Part shown: positions 48,389 to 60,241 of the stretch, one piece after another
Position numbering within the stretch: the stretch's first letter is position 1
How the letters are laid out: each line of letters begins with the position of its first letter
NCBI RefSeq assembly: GCF_021028975.2
Contig: NC_059439.1
Span: 23,312,001 to 23,376,000 of the forward strand
Direction of reading: 5' to 3'
Origin: Sphaerodactylus townsendi
Taxonomy: Eukaryota
DNA: 64,000 nucleotides
Program-made: the position numbers and the translations under genes
Notes under the pieces: model-generated
What the model saw: the letters and a program-made list of their open reading frames with translations, nothing else
Told to the model about the DNA's origin: nothing
Database searches by the model: none

Positions 48389-49454
48389 TACTGAGAACAA
48401 TTTCATGTCAGAGCTACTGTCATTTGTAGGTTTGTGTTTGGTCCCATCTCTTTACTTTCTTCAACCTTGGTACTGCTTCTGGGGTGATGTTAACATTGAT
48501 TTGTCTTTCCAGTATTTGAAATGAAGAGAAGGAACAAGGTAAGAGCGATTATTCATTTGTACTGTGCCAAAATGTGCCAACAGATGCTGACCAATACAAC
48601 CTCCCCAAAAATAGTCATAATGCAGGTTCAGGCCTTGATGTCAAACACTCAGAGGTCTTCTTCCCCAGGCCTTCTCAGGTCATAATATCTGATTTGATAT
48701 ACATCTCAGAATGCTTGCCAGGCCAATTAATCTAAATCACTGAATTCATGTTAATCTTGACAACAGTATATTTAGCGAGTATTTAAATTAAAACTTGGAG
48801 GGAGTACGAAATGAGGGTGACACAACATGAAATATATTGACGCAATAAAGGAAGCCATGGTCTTCAATTTGCAAAACCTGTAGAAGGCTGTTAATGACAG
48901 GACATTCTGGAGATCATTAGTCTCTCTCTATGTGTAAAGTGCTGTCAAGTTGTAGTCGATTTATGGAAACTCAGTAGAATTTTCAATGCAAGAGATAAAC
49001 ACAGGGGGTGGTTTGCCATTGCTTTCTCTGCATAGCCACGTTGTTATTTCTTGGAGGTCTCCCATTCAAAAAAAGTCCCTTCCTAAATTCCACCACTGAA
49101 AACTCCATTTGAATGAATTAAAATTTATGAGACAAAGGAGGATATGAATCGTTGCTGGTCTGTTTCACCCAGAGCTCCACATAATAATAGCTCCAGTCAA
49201 ATAAAGCTGATACCCAGGGTTTATTTGTTGTTTTTGTGATTCAGGTTTACCAGATCACCACCCCTATACAAGAATGCACACACTTTAAAAGAGTTAGTGT
49301 ACTAAATTAGACACTGCAAATTCTTGGGAAAAAAATCCAGGAACTAAACTAGCAGGCATATTTGCACTGGGTGGGTGGGCCACATTAAAAGCTTTAATTG
49401 CTTGAATCTTGAAGGTGAAAGGGATACCTACAAATGATTCCACAGCTTCTAGAT

Positions 49455-49600
49455 CAGTGGTTAACCTTTCACAGGGGTCACCTAAGACTCTTCATCAGTG
49501 TTCTCCATCTGTAAAATGGATAAATGTTAGGGTTGGAGGTCATCACAACATGAGGAACTGTATTAAAGGGTTGCGGCATTAGGAAGGTTGAGAACCACTG
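49455..49600. mobile_element. hAT MITE resembling SPIN/URR1
   Basis: CCTTTCACAGGGGTCACCTAAGAC...CACAACATGAGGAACTGTATTAAAGGGTTGCGGCATTAGGAAGGTTGAGAACCACTG; 8-bp TSD TTCTAGAT. Confidence 0.8.
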
Positions 49601-49692
49601 TTCTAGATGGAAAGAATGGATATCTGAAATTATGAAACCCATACTTAACTCTACAATTTTGATTTCTTTTCCTCAGTTTAGCCATTATTCAG

Positions 49693-50640
49693 ATGATCAA
49701 ACAAGGCAATCAGACATGCATCAGCGAGTTCCTGCTCCTAGGATTCTCCAGAGAGAGAGGCACCAACATGGTCCTCTTTGCAGTGGTCCTCTGTATGTAC
49801 CTCGTAACCCTGGCAGGGAACACGCTCATTATCGTGGCCACCTGCATTGATCCACGACTCAGCACACCCATGTACTTCTTCCTGTGCAATCTGTCTGTCC
49901 TGGACATTGGCTACACAACCAGTGTGGTGCCACAGTCACTGGTCCATATTGTGACTAATCTCAAAAGCATTCCTTTCAACCGGTGCATTGCTCAGCTATA
50001 TATTGCTTTATTCCTGGGTAGTATTGAATATTTCCTATTAGCATTTATGGCCTATGACAGATATGTGGCTATCTGTCATCCTCTGCACTACAAGATCATC
50101 ATGAGTAGGAGTGTGTACCTCCAGATGATAATGGCTTCCTGGCTCTTTGGCCTTACCAATGCTGTGGTGCATACTACATTCACTATGCGCCTTCGCTTCT
50201 GTAACAACAACACCATCAACCACTTTTGTTGTGAACTCCTTGCTGTTATGAATCTGGCTTGTTCAGACCGGTTTGTTAATGATATTGGTCTCATGGTGTC
50301 AGGGGTTCTTGTCCTGTTCATCCCCTGCAGTCTAATTGTGCTTTCCTATGTGTATATAATCCGTGCCATCTTGCGTATCCGCTCTGCAGAAGGCCGGCAC
50401 AGAGCCTTCTCCACATGCACGTCACACCTGACAGTGGTCATCCTCTGCTTTGGTACAACGATGATTGCTTACATGACTCCTAAAGCTGAGGCTTCTTCCA
50501 ACCGGGACAAGATGCTTTCTTTCTTCTATGCAGTGGTTACACCCATGCTCAACCCGCTCATCTACAGCTTGAGAAACAAGGAAGTAAAAGCGGCCCTAAC
50601 TAAAATAATGGAAAGGAAAAATGTTGATTTATTAAGGTGA
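49693..50640 (+). CDS. Olfactory receptor, intact, 315 aa (family 2/13-like)
   Basis: NQT site, LSTPMYFFLCNLS, MAYDRYVAICHPLHY, NHFCCE, RAFSTCTSHL, PMLNPLIYSLRNKEVK. Confidence 0.95.
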   Translation: MIKQGNQTCISEFLLLGFSRERGTNMVLFAVVLCMYLVTLAGNTLIIVATCIDPRLSTPMYFFLCNLSVLDIGYTTSVVPQSLVHIVTNLKSIPFNRCIAQLYIALFLGSIEYFLLAFMAYDRYVAICHPLHYKIIMSRSVYLQMIMASWLFGLTNAVVHTTFTMRLRFCNNNTINHFCCELLAVMNLACSDRFVNDIGLMVSGVLVLFIPCSLIVLSYVYIIRAILRIRSAEGRHRAFSTCTSHLTVVILCFGTTMIAYMTPKAEASSNRDKMLSFFYAVVTPMLNPLIYSLRNKEVKAALTKIMERKNVDLLR

Positions 50641-50719
50641 ATTTGTATGGATTCTCTGTAGCAGGTTTTTTATTGCCCACCAATCCATTCCCATTGCTTA
50701 CCATGTCATCAGAAGCAGA

Positions 50720-50860
50720 GGCTCATTCCGCACATGCAGAATAATGCACTTTCAAACTGCTTTCAGTGCTCTTTGAAGCTGTGCAGAATGGCAAAATCCA
50801 CTTGCAAACAGTTGTGAAAGTGGTTTGAAAATGCATTATTTTGCGTGTGCGGAAGGGCCC
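50720..50860. mobile_element. MITE family A, 80 bp downstream of the OR stop
   Basis: TIRs GGCTCATTCC / GGAAGGGCCC; TSD AGA. Confidence 0.85.
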
Positions 50861-51049
50861 AGAGTTTCTCCCCTATAAGTCCACTCAAGTCATTGGGCTT
50901 AGAAGGATGTAACTGTAGTTAGGACCTCACTGGTCATGACTCAGCACAATAACTTGCAGTTGAATGTTTGAACTTAGTTACAGAACGTGGATGTGAGTTG
51001 TCGACCTGTGGTGGGTTCTCCAGAATGGAACAGTCAAATATGCCGCCAA

Positions 51050-51630
51050 AGTCTCTCTTTACTGAGTCGAACGCTGAAGCCAAATCAACAAACGCAGTAT
51101 ATAAAGCTTTAGTTGGGCCACTCATGGCTGAATACGCTAATTGGTATAACACTAGGCAATGATCAACAGTGGACTGTCCCTTTCTAAAGCCTCCCTGTTG
51201 TGCATATAATACCTGATTTTCAGTTTCCCATTCTTCTAATTTCAGGAGGAGGTATTCGCCATATAATTTGGAGGCAGTATTCAAAAGGCTTATTGGCCGA
51301 TAGTTGTTTGGGTCTGTTTTATCCCCCTTTTTAATGAATTGGGACAATTATTCTAGTTTTCCATCCACTGTGCCATTAGTCTGCGTGAAAAGTTGGGCAA
51401 GAATTGGCACCCACCATGTTGGCAATGTTTTAAAATGTTCTGTAGGAATTAGGTCTTCTTCGGGAGCTTTTCCAGTATTAATAGAGCAGATCAAATTCTC
51501 TATTTCTTTCTCCCTTACCGGTAGGAGGCCGGTCAAATTGACCACTTAAAAGTGAAGTCTGAGGATGGAGCCCCACTGAACAGATCCGAGTAGGACTGAG
51601 ATGACCTGCCAATGTGAACCAGAACTGTGT
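51050..51630 (-). mobile_element. Non-LTR retrotransposon reverse-transcriptase fragment, frameshifted
   Basis: GKAP..D.IP, KKGDKTDPNNYRPISLLN, QGGFRKGQST, AFVDLASAFDSV. Confidence 0.85.
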
Positions 51631-51641
51631 CCCTTTAGATC

Positions 51642-51775
51642 ACAGGTGTCAAACTCGTGACCCTCTAGGTGTTATGGACTACAGTTCCCATCGTCCCCTG
51701 CCAGCATGATGCTGGCAGGGGAGGATGGGAGCTGTAGTCCATAACATCTGGAGGGGTGCGAGTTTGACACCTATG
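51642..51775. mobile_element. hAT-type MITE
   Basis: TIR CAGGTGTCAAACTC / GAGTTTGACACCT; internal TTATGGACTACA...TGTAGTCCATAA hairpin. Confidence 0.75.
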
Positions 51776-51802
51776 CAAGTTTAGATAATCTAAACTTCAT
51801 TT

Positions 51803-52357
51803 CATAAGAACATAAGAACATAAGAACATAAGAACTAGCCAGCTGGATCAGACCAGAGTCCATCTAGTCCAGCTCTCTGCTACTCGCAGTGGCCCACCAG
51901 GTGCCTTTGGGAGCTCACATGCAGGATGTGAAAGCAATGGCCTTCTGCGGCTGTTGCTCCCGAGCACCTGGACTGTTAAGGCATTTGCAATCTCAGATCA
52001 AGGAGGATCAAAATTGGGAGCCATAGATCGACTTCTCCTCCATCAATCTGTCCAAGCCCCTTTTAAAGCTATCCAGGTTCATGGCCATCACCACCTCCTG
52101 TGGCAGCATATTCCAAACACCAATCACACGTTGCGTGAAGAAGTGTTTCCTTTTATTAGTCCTAATTCTTTCCCGCAGCATTTTCAATGAATGCCCCCTG
52201 GTTCTAGTATTGTGAGAAAGAGAGAAAAACTTCTCTCTGTCCACATTTTCTACCCCATGCGTAATTTTATAGACTTCAATCATATCCCCCCTCAGACGTC
52301 TCCTCTCCAAACTAAAGAGTCCCAAACGCTGTAGCCTCTCCTCATAAGGAAGGTGCT
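51803..52357 (-). mobile_element. CR1 LINE 3' end
   Basis: LGLFSLERRRLRGDMIEVYKI...TRTRGHSLK...FFTQRVIGVWNMLP; octamer tail (TTCTTATG)n. Confidence 0.92.
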
Positions 52358-53350
52358 TTTCGTGGCTATTTCATCGTGGCTATTTCATCTGACCAATACA
52401 GTGCTGGTGTAACAACACTTTGCCATTGCTGCTATTCTTGTCCAGATAGTTCTGTGACTCCATTAAAGGACTTTGCTGGATTATGTGAAATACCTTTAAC
52501 TCTTAACATCCCAAACCTGGGGGGGGGGGTGAATGTTTTGATGGAAGTGGTGCAGGGTCACTCCAGTGTGTTTGCCTACTCCACCAGCATAAAGGGCGCC
52601 CCCCCTGGCAGAGACGGCAAAAACAGAAGTGGCCAGGTGCCCTTTTTGGCTTCAAATAGCAGCCAGATAGCAATAGAGAGGAGTGTCTCCATTTTGAGAA
52701 GTCAAAGCAGCCCTGGTAGGAAGCTCTCTCCATTATGTTCAGAATATTCTACATGCTGATCCAAAGTATCTACAGAGCCCAGGCTTCACCAGCATTGGAA
52801 TGCTTTTGGCCTAATCATGGCAGTATGTGCTGAATGGATAGGGACTAGGCACGCAAGTGAAATATTTCAGAAAGAGAATTGAGCTGGTTGGTCTTCAGCC
52901 ATTGATATTGCACTGTCTGAAAGGTTTGCTGCTTGTTGCTGTGTTGAGGTGCACAATAGTATCTTGTAGCCACAGAGCATCCTACATCTTAAGAAGCTGG
53001 AATTATATTTTTGGATTGTGAAGCATTTGAGAACAGGTAAAGTGAGATTGGTAAGTGGTAGAAATAGCAGCACATTCATTTTGAGAAAAAGTATATTGTG
53101 ACATTAATATTGATTGCCTGTTCTGTGACAGGAATGTTGGATTTAAAATCACAATCGGAGATCCTTTGTAACTGACACTCTGTTTGCTTTTAAAATGATT
53201 TTGTCTGGGTGTTTCACACAATAAACACATAAAATGAGCTTGGTTGACATACATTCCTGAAAATACTTTATATTAGTCAACTAAAGTCTTTCCAGTGGGA
53301 GTTCTGAGATGCATTGTTAGGGGAATGTGGACTCTAATCTGGAAAACTAT

Positions 53351-53437
53351 ATTCATTCATTCATTCATTCATTCATTCATTCATTCATTCATTCATTCAT
53401 TCATTCATTCATTCATTCATTCATTCATTCATTCATT
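53351..53437. repeat. (ATTC)n microsatellite forming the 3' tail of the adjacent L2
   Basis: About 21 perfect units directly abutting the L2 3' end. Confidence 0.95.
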
Positions 53438-54322
53438 TATATACCGCCCTCCCCCGGAGGGCTCAGGGCGGTGAACATAAATGTATGAATAGAGCACAAA
53501 AAAAATCAATAAATCTCAATAATTAAATAAATCATAATAAAATGGCTCTATATACTTTAAATCATTAAAACCCCATTAAAAGCAGCGTATCAGTATCAAA
53601 GTACAATAAATAATACACAGAAGGCGACTTACTAACCATTCCCCTAAAAGAGGGGAGGGACGGCAGGATCCCCAGATGTTAACGGGGGGGCATCAGCGGC
53701 AAGCCTCCCTAAAGGCCCGGTGGAACAGCTCAGTCTTGCAGGTCCTGCAGAACTCGTTGAGATCCCACAGGGCCTGCACAGCTGGAGGGAGAGCGTTCCA
53801 CCAGGCCAGGGCCAAAGCTGTAAAGGCTCTGGCCCGGGTAGAGGCTAGCCGCATCATGGAGGGGCCAGGGATCACCAGCAAATTGGCCTCTGCAGAGCGC
53901 AGAGGCCGGTTCGGGACATATGGGGCAAGAAGGTCCCGCAGGTACGGAGGTCCCAGGCCGCGCAAGGCCTTAAAGGTTAACACCAACACCTTGAAAATTA
54001 TTTGGAATTCTATCAGTAACCAATGCAGGCGGCATAGCACAGGTGAGATGTGATCTCTAGCAACACCCCCTGTGAGCAGACGGGCCGCTGCATTCTGGAC
54101 CAATTTTAGCTTCTGGATCAGACGCAAGGGCAGGCCCACGTAGAGCGAGTAGCAATAGTCTAACCTGGAGGTGACCGTTGCATGGATCACAGTAGCTAGG
54201 TCCGCTTGGGAGAGGAAAGGGGCCAGCCGCCGGGCTTGTCAAAGATGGAAAAACGCAGCCCGGGTTACATGGGCCACCTGGGTCTCCATTGAAAGAGACG
54301 AATCCAGGTCGACCCGCAGGGT
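53438..54322 (-). mobile_element. L2 LINE 3' fragment, relatively young (CpGs retained)
   Basis: IHATVTSRLDYCYSLYVGLP...LHWL...FKVLVLTFKALRGLGPPYL. Confidence 0.9.
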
Positions 54323-54324
54323 GC

Positions 54325-54563
54325 GGACGGGTTTGATTCCCCATTCCTCCACATGAGTCGTGGAGTCTTATCTGCTGAACTGGATTTGTTTCCCCGCTCC
54401 TATTAATTCCTGCTGGTTAGCCTTGGGCTAGTCACAGTTCTTCAGACCTCTTTCAGCCCTACCTACCTCACAAGCGTCTGTTGTGGGGAAAGGAAGGAGT
54501 TTGTAAGCCACCTTGAGGTTCCTTACAGGAGAGAAAAGTGGGTATAAACTCTTCTTCTTCTTC
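54325..54563 (+). mobile_element. Squam3-like SINE (5'-interrupted)
   Basis: GGGTTTGATTCCCC B-box, CAGCCCTACCTACCTCACAAG body, (TTC)n tail. Confidence 0.7.
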
Positions 54564-54634
54564 ACTAGTTCAGTCCCCACTGTGACATGAAGTTTTTGGG
54601 GCCAGTTACATACTCTCTCCACCTACCTAACAGG

Positions 54635-54769
54635 CAGTAGTGGGATTCACAGGTTCATACCACTTCAGCAGAACCGGTTGTTAAAATGGTGCTTGTAAAC
54701 AACTAGTTGTTAAATTATTTGTATCTCACTACCGGAACTGGTTGTTAAATTATTTGAATCCCACCACTG
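54635..54769. mobile_element. hAT MITE
   Basis: TIR CAGTAGTGGGATTC / GAATCCCACCACTG; 8-bp TSD CTAACAGG. Confidence 0.85.
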
Positions 54770-55544
54770 CTAACAGGATTCATGTAAATTCAAAATGGGG
54801 ACAGGGGAACCATATTTGCTACCAAGCTTCAAGGAGCAGGAATGGAATTTAATCATATTAGGGTGATTATTAAATGAAAGTGGCAATATGTTGGTGTAAC
54901 ATTGAGGTTAAAAGTTTGCCAGATCTCACCACAGCTCTTTGCTATAAGGATAGCCAACTACTGTGGAGAACTCACAGGTTAGTGGGTCATTCATGTTTAC
55001 CTACATTTTGGCCTTCACTGAGATATTACTCTTTTTTTTTAAAGAAATCCACCTAATTTTGCAAGCAAGTAATCAGATTTTGTAAACAAAACCCCATAAC
55101 TATCTTTTGAAAGACCTGAGTAAATTAAATATGTGTACTGAAGGTGCAAGGATACTTCTAATCATTAAGATAGTACAAGTAATAAATCATGGGGGAACTA
55201 TATCCCATGGGTTAGAAAACTGAGTATGCATGTTCATATTGATAAAGAGAGTAGTAGATCAGATGAGAAGGTGGTTATGAAATCTCCTTATTGTACCCTA
55301 AAAGGATAAAAGGTAAGTTGAAATATAGCCTTTATTCATATTTAAAATATTTTGTGTCCCTTTCTTCCCTCTCTTAAAATAGGATTTTAAGTTGCTTAAA
55401 TCATTAAAATAGGTAAAAACCACACTTCACCGAAGTAGGTTACAAACTAAAATCCAGCAAAAACAAACAAACCCTAAGCCATCACAGTAACTTAGCACAG
55501 CTTGCATGCCACACAAAATGAGTTGGGAAACATCAACTTACTAA

Positions 55545-55674
55545 GGCTCATTCCGCACACGCAAAATAATGCACTTTCAAGCTGCTTTCACAACTGTTTT
55601 TGCCATTCCGCACAGCTTCAAAGAGCCCTGAAAGCAGCTTGAAGGTGCATTATTCTGCGTGTGCGGAATGAGCC
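55545..55674. mobile_element. 130-bp MITE, family A
   Basis: One mismatch to 3772-3901. Confidence 0.9.
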
Positions 55675-56929
55675 ATAGTCTCTGAAATCTTTGCAAAGTT
55701 GGGTTTTCTGCTCACCCCAGGGAAACCTGTTTGGTAGAACAGGAATGGCCACTGTCAAAGCCTGAGTAGAAAAGATGCTTACTGATCTGAGTAAGGAAAC
55801 TATTCCTAATGTTTTTCCTGCTCATCAGAGCTGCTTTTAGAGTACATACTAAACATACAAAAACAACTCGCACCCAAGGTAAGAATCTCAATCTTGGGGT
55901 AATGTGTTCCAAATACTTAAATCTCGTTTACAGTCTAGCCCAGGGGTGGCCAAACTGACTTAATGAAAGAACCACATAGAATAAACTTCAGATGTTTGAG
56001 AGCCACAAGGTATGAGCAGATGTCACACACACATTTTTATTGATACCTATACATTGTGTTACAAACCTTTTCTAGTAATATTAAGAAATACTCAAAAGAA
56101 ATAATAATTCTTGTATGTAATTTTTTATTATTTTTATTAATATTAAATGAAACTGCCAAAAATAAAACCAAAAGGGATAAAAATAGATGTTCCTAATGAT
56201 TCTTATTTGGCTAAGATTCTTATGAATACGTGATTTGGGAGGGTTAGGGTTAGGAGGGTTAGGAGGGGAAAAGCATTTGTCAGGCAAACCTCTCTTGATA
56301 ACAAAAAGCCCTAGAATTAAGACTGGCATCTATCTTAGTCTGAACATGGTACTGGAAGTGACTGGTAGGGCATTAGAAAAAACCCCTCCCCCAGTCTGGC
56401 TATAGGTTTGCATGCCAATCTTCCCACCTATTCATTCCAAGCTTCCAACTTGTCAGTCAGTATGGAATTAAAAATAGACAAAACACAGACTGAACTCCTA
56501 GAGATGTCTCAATTTTCTAGCCTGCAGAATTCTTGGACACAAAAAATCTACTGCCGAAAGTGGAACACATTAAAATCCCCATTGATTTTTGAGTAGCAGA
56601 AAATCCTTTACTGTGGTATTGACCATTGAATAGGAGTCAAATCCTAAAAGATCATGCTGTGGATACATGTGCAAATGTGCCCTAGACTTATGTGTCATTT
56701 TAGAGCAACACTGTGTATTACTAATTTTAAATGTCCTATCCATTCTACTATTAAAATACCATTCATTAAGAGCTACTAGGCTATGTTAATAGTTTTCAAT
56801 GGTGTAAATTTCATTACTACTGCTTATGCATATAGTAAGTTGAACAGATCAAGATAGAAAGATACAAATCTATATAAGATTCCACTGTCAAAGTCCAGAA
56901 AAGTCAATGGGCTTAGACAGGTATTCAAC

Positions 56930-57213
56930 CCCATGGTAAAAGGTAGTAAGCTACAGAACTGCAGTTAAATCTCTGTCCGTGACTTGAGTTCAATCCCAAC
57001 AGAAGACAGTTGTAGATAGTCAGCTCAAGGCTGACTCATCCTTCCATCCTTCCAAAGTCAGTAAAACGAATACCCGCTTGCTGGGTGTTAAGTGTAGGCA
57101 ACTGGGGAAGGCAATGCAGAACCACTTCCTAAACATATCTGCCTAATAAATGCTGCGAAGTGACTTCAACCTATGGGTCAGTACTGACCTAGAACTTGCA
57201 GAGGGGACTACTT
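56930..57213 (+). mobile_element. Sauria-SINE-like element, degenerate
   Basis: GCTCAAGGCTGACTCATCCTTCCATCCTTCC...GTAAAA...TACCC...CTGGGGAAGGCAATG. Confidence 0.6.
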
Positions 57214-57857
57214 TTTCATTTTTGGTAGGTATGACCCTGCTTAGGATTGAAGTGGGAAAAAGCACATAAGAGCTGGATGGAAGTTAAAACAGAAAAAAAG
57301 TCTTTCTCTGGGAACACATTATGTTCCTGAACACTAAGTGGGAAATTCATGGTCAGAGGTGCTATACTTTTGAATACAAGGTGCCTGGGATATTTAACAT
57401 GGGAGAAATGTGGATGCATTCCATAATAATCAGTTTCCCAAAGTCTGGCTACTATGAGTGAAGTTCAGTTTCTTTGAGATAATTCAGAGAGTGGAATTAC
57501 TGCAGGAAAACTGACAGATCTTAATCATGTTTTACTTACTAGTTGTCTCCATGAGGAACATATCCAAAAGAGGACTATGCAAGTACAGATTGTTTTGTAT
57601 ATGTGACTTTCACAGTTGGCCTTTCACCATTCTAATTTCAATGTATTGCAATCCATTACAGATCCAGTAGTTCAAAGATTGCATTGGGACAGGAAAATAT
57701 TACTACTGCAGGCAAAAATAATTCAAGTTGTCCTTTCCAATCTTTAAATGTTGCCTGCATTAAAAACAAAGGGGACATCATTCCTCTCCCCAGAAAGGGT
57801 AAGCCACACCTCAATTTTCAATTCTAATCTATTTCCTTCAGCTCAGAGATTACCTGC

Positions 57858-58808
57858 ATGATGAGACAAGACAATCAAACAAGTATCAGAGAGTTTGTGC
57901 TTCTGGGTTTCTCCAGAGAACAAGGAATCAATATCCTGCTCTTCACATTGGTCCTCTGTATGTACCTCATCACCCTGGCAGGGAACACACTCATTATTGT
58001 GGCTACCTGCATAGATCCCCGACTCAACACACCAATGTACTTCTTCCTGTCTAATCTGTCCTTCCTGGATATCTGCTACACAACTAGTGTGGTACCACAG
58101 TTGCTGGTCCATTCCCTGAGCATCCACAAAAAGATCTCATTCATCCGTTGCATGACTCAGCTTTATGTTGCTTTCTTGTTGGGAACAACTGAATTTATCC
58201 TATTGGCAGTTATGGCCTATGACAGGTATACGGCGGTCTGCCACCCATTGCATTACAAGATCATAATGAGCAGGAAAGTATGCATCCAATTGATGATGGT
58301 TTCCTGGATCTCTGGCTTTACCAATGCTCTGGTTCATACTTTGTTCACCCTATGCCTTCACTACTGTAGCTATAACGTTGTCAACCATTTTGGCTGTGAT
58401 GTGCTGGCAATTATCAAGTTGGCATGTTCAGACACTTTTGTCAATGATATTGCACTTATGGTGTCAGGAGTCCTTGTGCTATTCATCCCTTGCATTCTGG
58501 TAATGCTCTCCTATGTGTATATAATCAGGACCATCATGAGCATCCGCTCTGCAGAGGGCCAGAAACGAGCCTTCTCTACTTGCATTTCTCACCTGACTGT
58601 GGTCATCCTCTGCTATGGCACAGCAGTGGTTACTTACATGACTCCTAAAACCGATAACTCCTCCAACCGGGACAAGATACTGTCTTTCCTATATGCAGTG
58701 GTGACACCCATGCTCAACCCTCTCATATACAGCTTAAGAAATAAGGAGGTTAAAGGAGCCCTAACGAAAATAGCTCTGAGGAAAAATATCCTCTTGGAAG
58801 GGCAATGA
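57858..58808 (+). CDS. Olfactory receptor, intact, 316 aa (paralog of 49693-50640)
   Basis: NQT site, LNTPMYFFLSNLS, MAYDRYTAVCHPLHY, RAFSTCISHL, PMLNPLIYSLRNKEVK; acceptor tttccttcag at ~57841. Confidence 0.95.
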   Translation: MMRQDNQTSIREFVLLGFSREQGINILLFTLVLCMYLITLAGNTLIIVATCIDPRLNTPMYFFLSNLSFLDICYTTSVVPQLLVHSLSIHKKISFIRCMTQLYVAFLLGTTEFILLAVMAYDRYTAVCHPLHYKIIMSRKVCIQLMMVSWISGFTNALVHTLFTLCLHYCSYNVVNHFGCDVLAIIKLACSDTFVNDIALMVSGVLVLFIPCILVMLSYVYIIRTIMSIRSAEGQKRAFSTCISHLTVVILCYGTAVVTYMTPKTDNSSNRDKILSFLYAVVTPMLNPLIYSLRNKEVKGALTKIALRKNILLEGQ

Positions 58809-59494
58809 ATCATATTTGAATGTGTAACGACCCAGCTTTTCCACTGATGAGAAGAAAGTCTATGTTGGGCATTGTGGGACTTTCAAGGACAAAAACCTTG
58901 GAGGATAGGGGTGTTAGTAAACTGGAGAACTGGGCAGGACAGGAATTTTGATGGGAATTTGGAAATTAATAGGAATAGTGAAAAAAGGAATTTTGATGGG
59001 AATTTGAAAATTAGAATTTGACCCTGTGAAAAACATGGATGTGACCGTTCTGTCTCTGGTATTTCTGATCTGGAATACTGAAGTCACTGGGCTTATAAGG
59101 ATGTATCTTCAGTTATGATGGCAGCATCATTTGCATAAAATTAAAATCTGATGTTACAGTTTATATAATATGTGAAGCCTGCTTACATCTACTAATGTCT
59201 GATCTTACAATATCTTAAATTTGGTTAGCATTTTCAAGTATAAATGGGATCATTTTAATCTTATACATGTAACCCTTATGGTTTCTAGTTATCCAAGTCT
59301 TTGGTTTATATAGTCCAAAAAACCTTCCATTTTCTTCCGTATTCTGTGCATGGTCTGTTAAATATGAGATTAATTTCTTCATGACACTATAAAGAGGAAC
59401 AATTTGGGCTGAAGCCAACCAGATTTTTCTGTGGTAGAAAAGGGAAGCTATGCTGGTATCATAGGCTGTGTAGATAAAAAATGTGGATGGTGAT

Positions 59495-59940
59495 TATAAG
59501 CATAAGCATTTTATTGTCATTGTGCACGCACAACGAAATTTACAGCAGCATTCCTCGATGCACACAGTTTCAGACTCATACCCCATCCTCACTTTCCCCT
59601 TCCTCCACCCATCCCTACACAGCCCCAAACACATCAACACGAAGCCATGGAGTTCAGCATAGCCACAGCTCTAGAGTAGAAGCTGTCTCTAAGCCTCTTT
59701 GTCCTAGTTTTTATAGACCTGTATATCGTCTGCCAGATGGTAACAGTTCAAAAAGAGAGTGTGCTGGATGAGACAGATCTCTCAGAATATTTTGGGCATT
59801 CTTTAGGCTTCGGGAATTATAGAGTTCTTCCAAGGAGAGGAGAGGGCAGCCGATAATCCTCTGTGCAGTAGTGATCACCCTTTGGAGCGCCTTCCTATTC
59901 GCCACTGTGCAACTGGAGAACCATACACAGATGCAGTAGG
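59495..59940 (-). mobile_element. Rex1/Babar-type LINE 3' end
   Basis: RKALQRVITTAQRIIGCPL.SLEELY...DLSHPAHSLFELLPSGRRY; ends GACAATAAAATGCTTATGCTTAT. Confidence 0.8.
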
Positions 59941-60241
59941 TTAAGATATTATAAGGTTATTGTAGTAAGGATCACAACTTGGTGAGACGAAGTGAAAAGG
60001 TTGACTGGATCTAACCTTTTAATGTTTAATTTGGCTGCAAAACAGCCATTAAGTGAGTTTGGCAGACACAAATATCTGAACATGCTTTCTGCTAGTCAAC
60101 CAAGGTGCCTCCGTGAGAATCCCTGAGTGCAGAGGAACCTACATAGGATCTTTACACTTTGCCAAGCTTCCCCCTGTGTTTCTAGCATTAAATAAGATTG
60201 TCATATAATGTGCGTCAAGAAGCAGCCAGCCATAAAATTCA

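Noticed and set aside
52376-52790. Possible upstream continuation of the RT fragment at 51050-51630
   Set aside because: Too degenerate to confirm by eye
56238-56264. Interstitial telomeric repeat
   Set aside because: Only about three imperfect TTAGGG units
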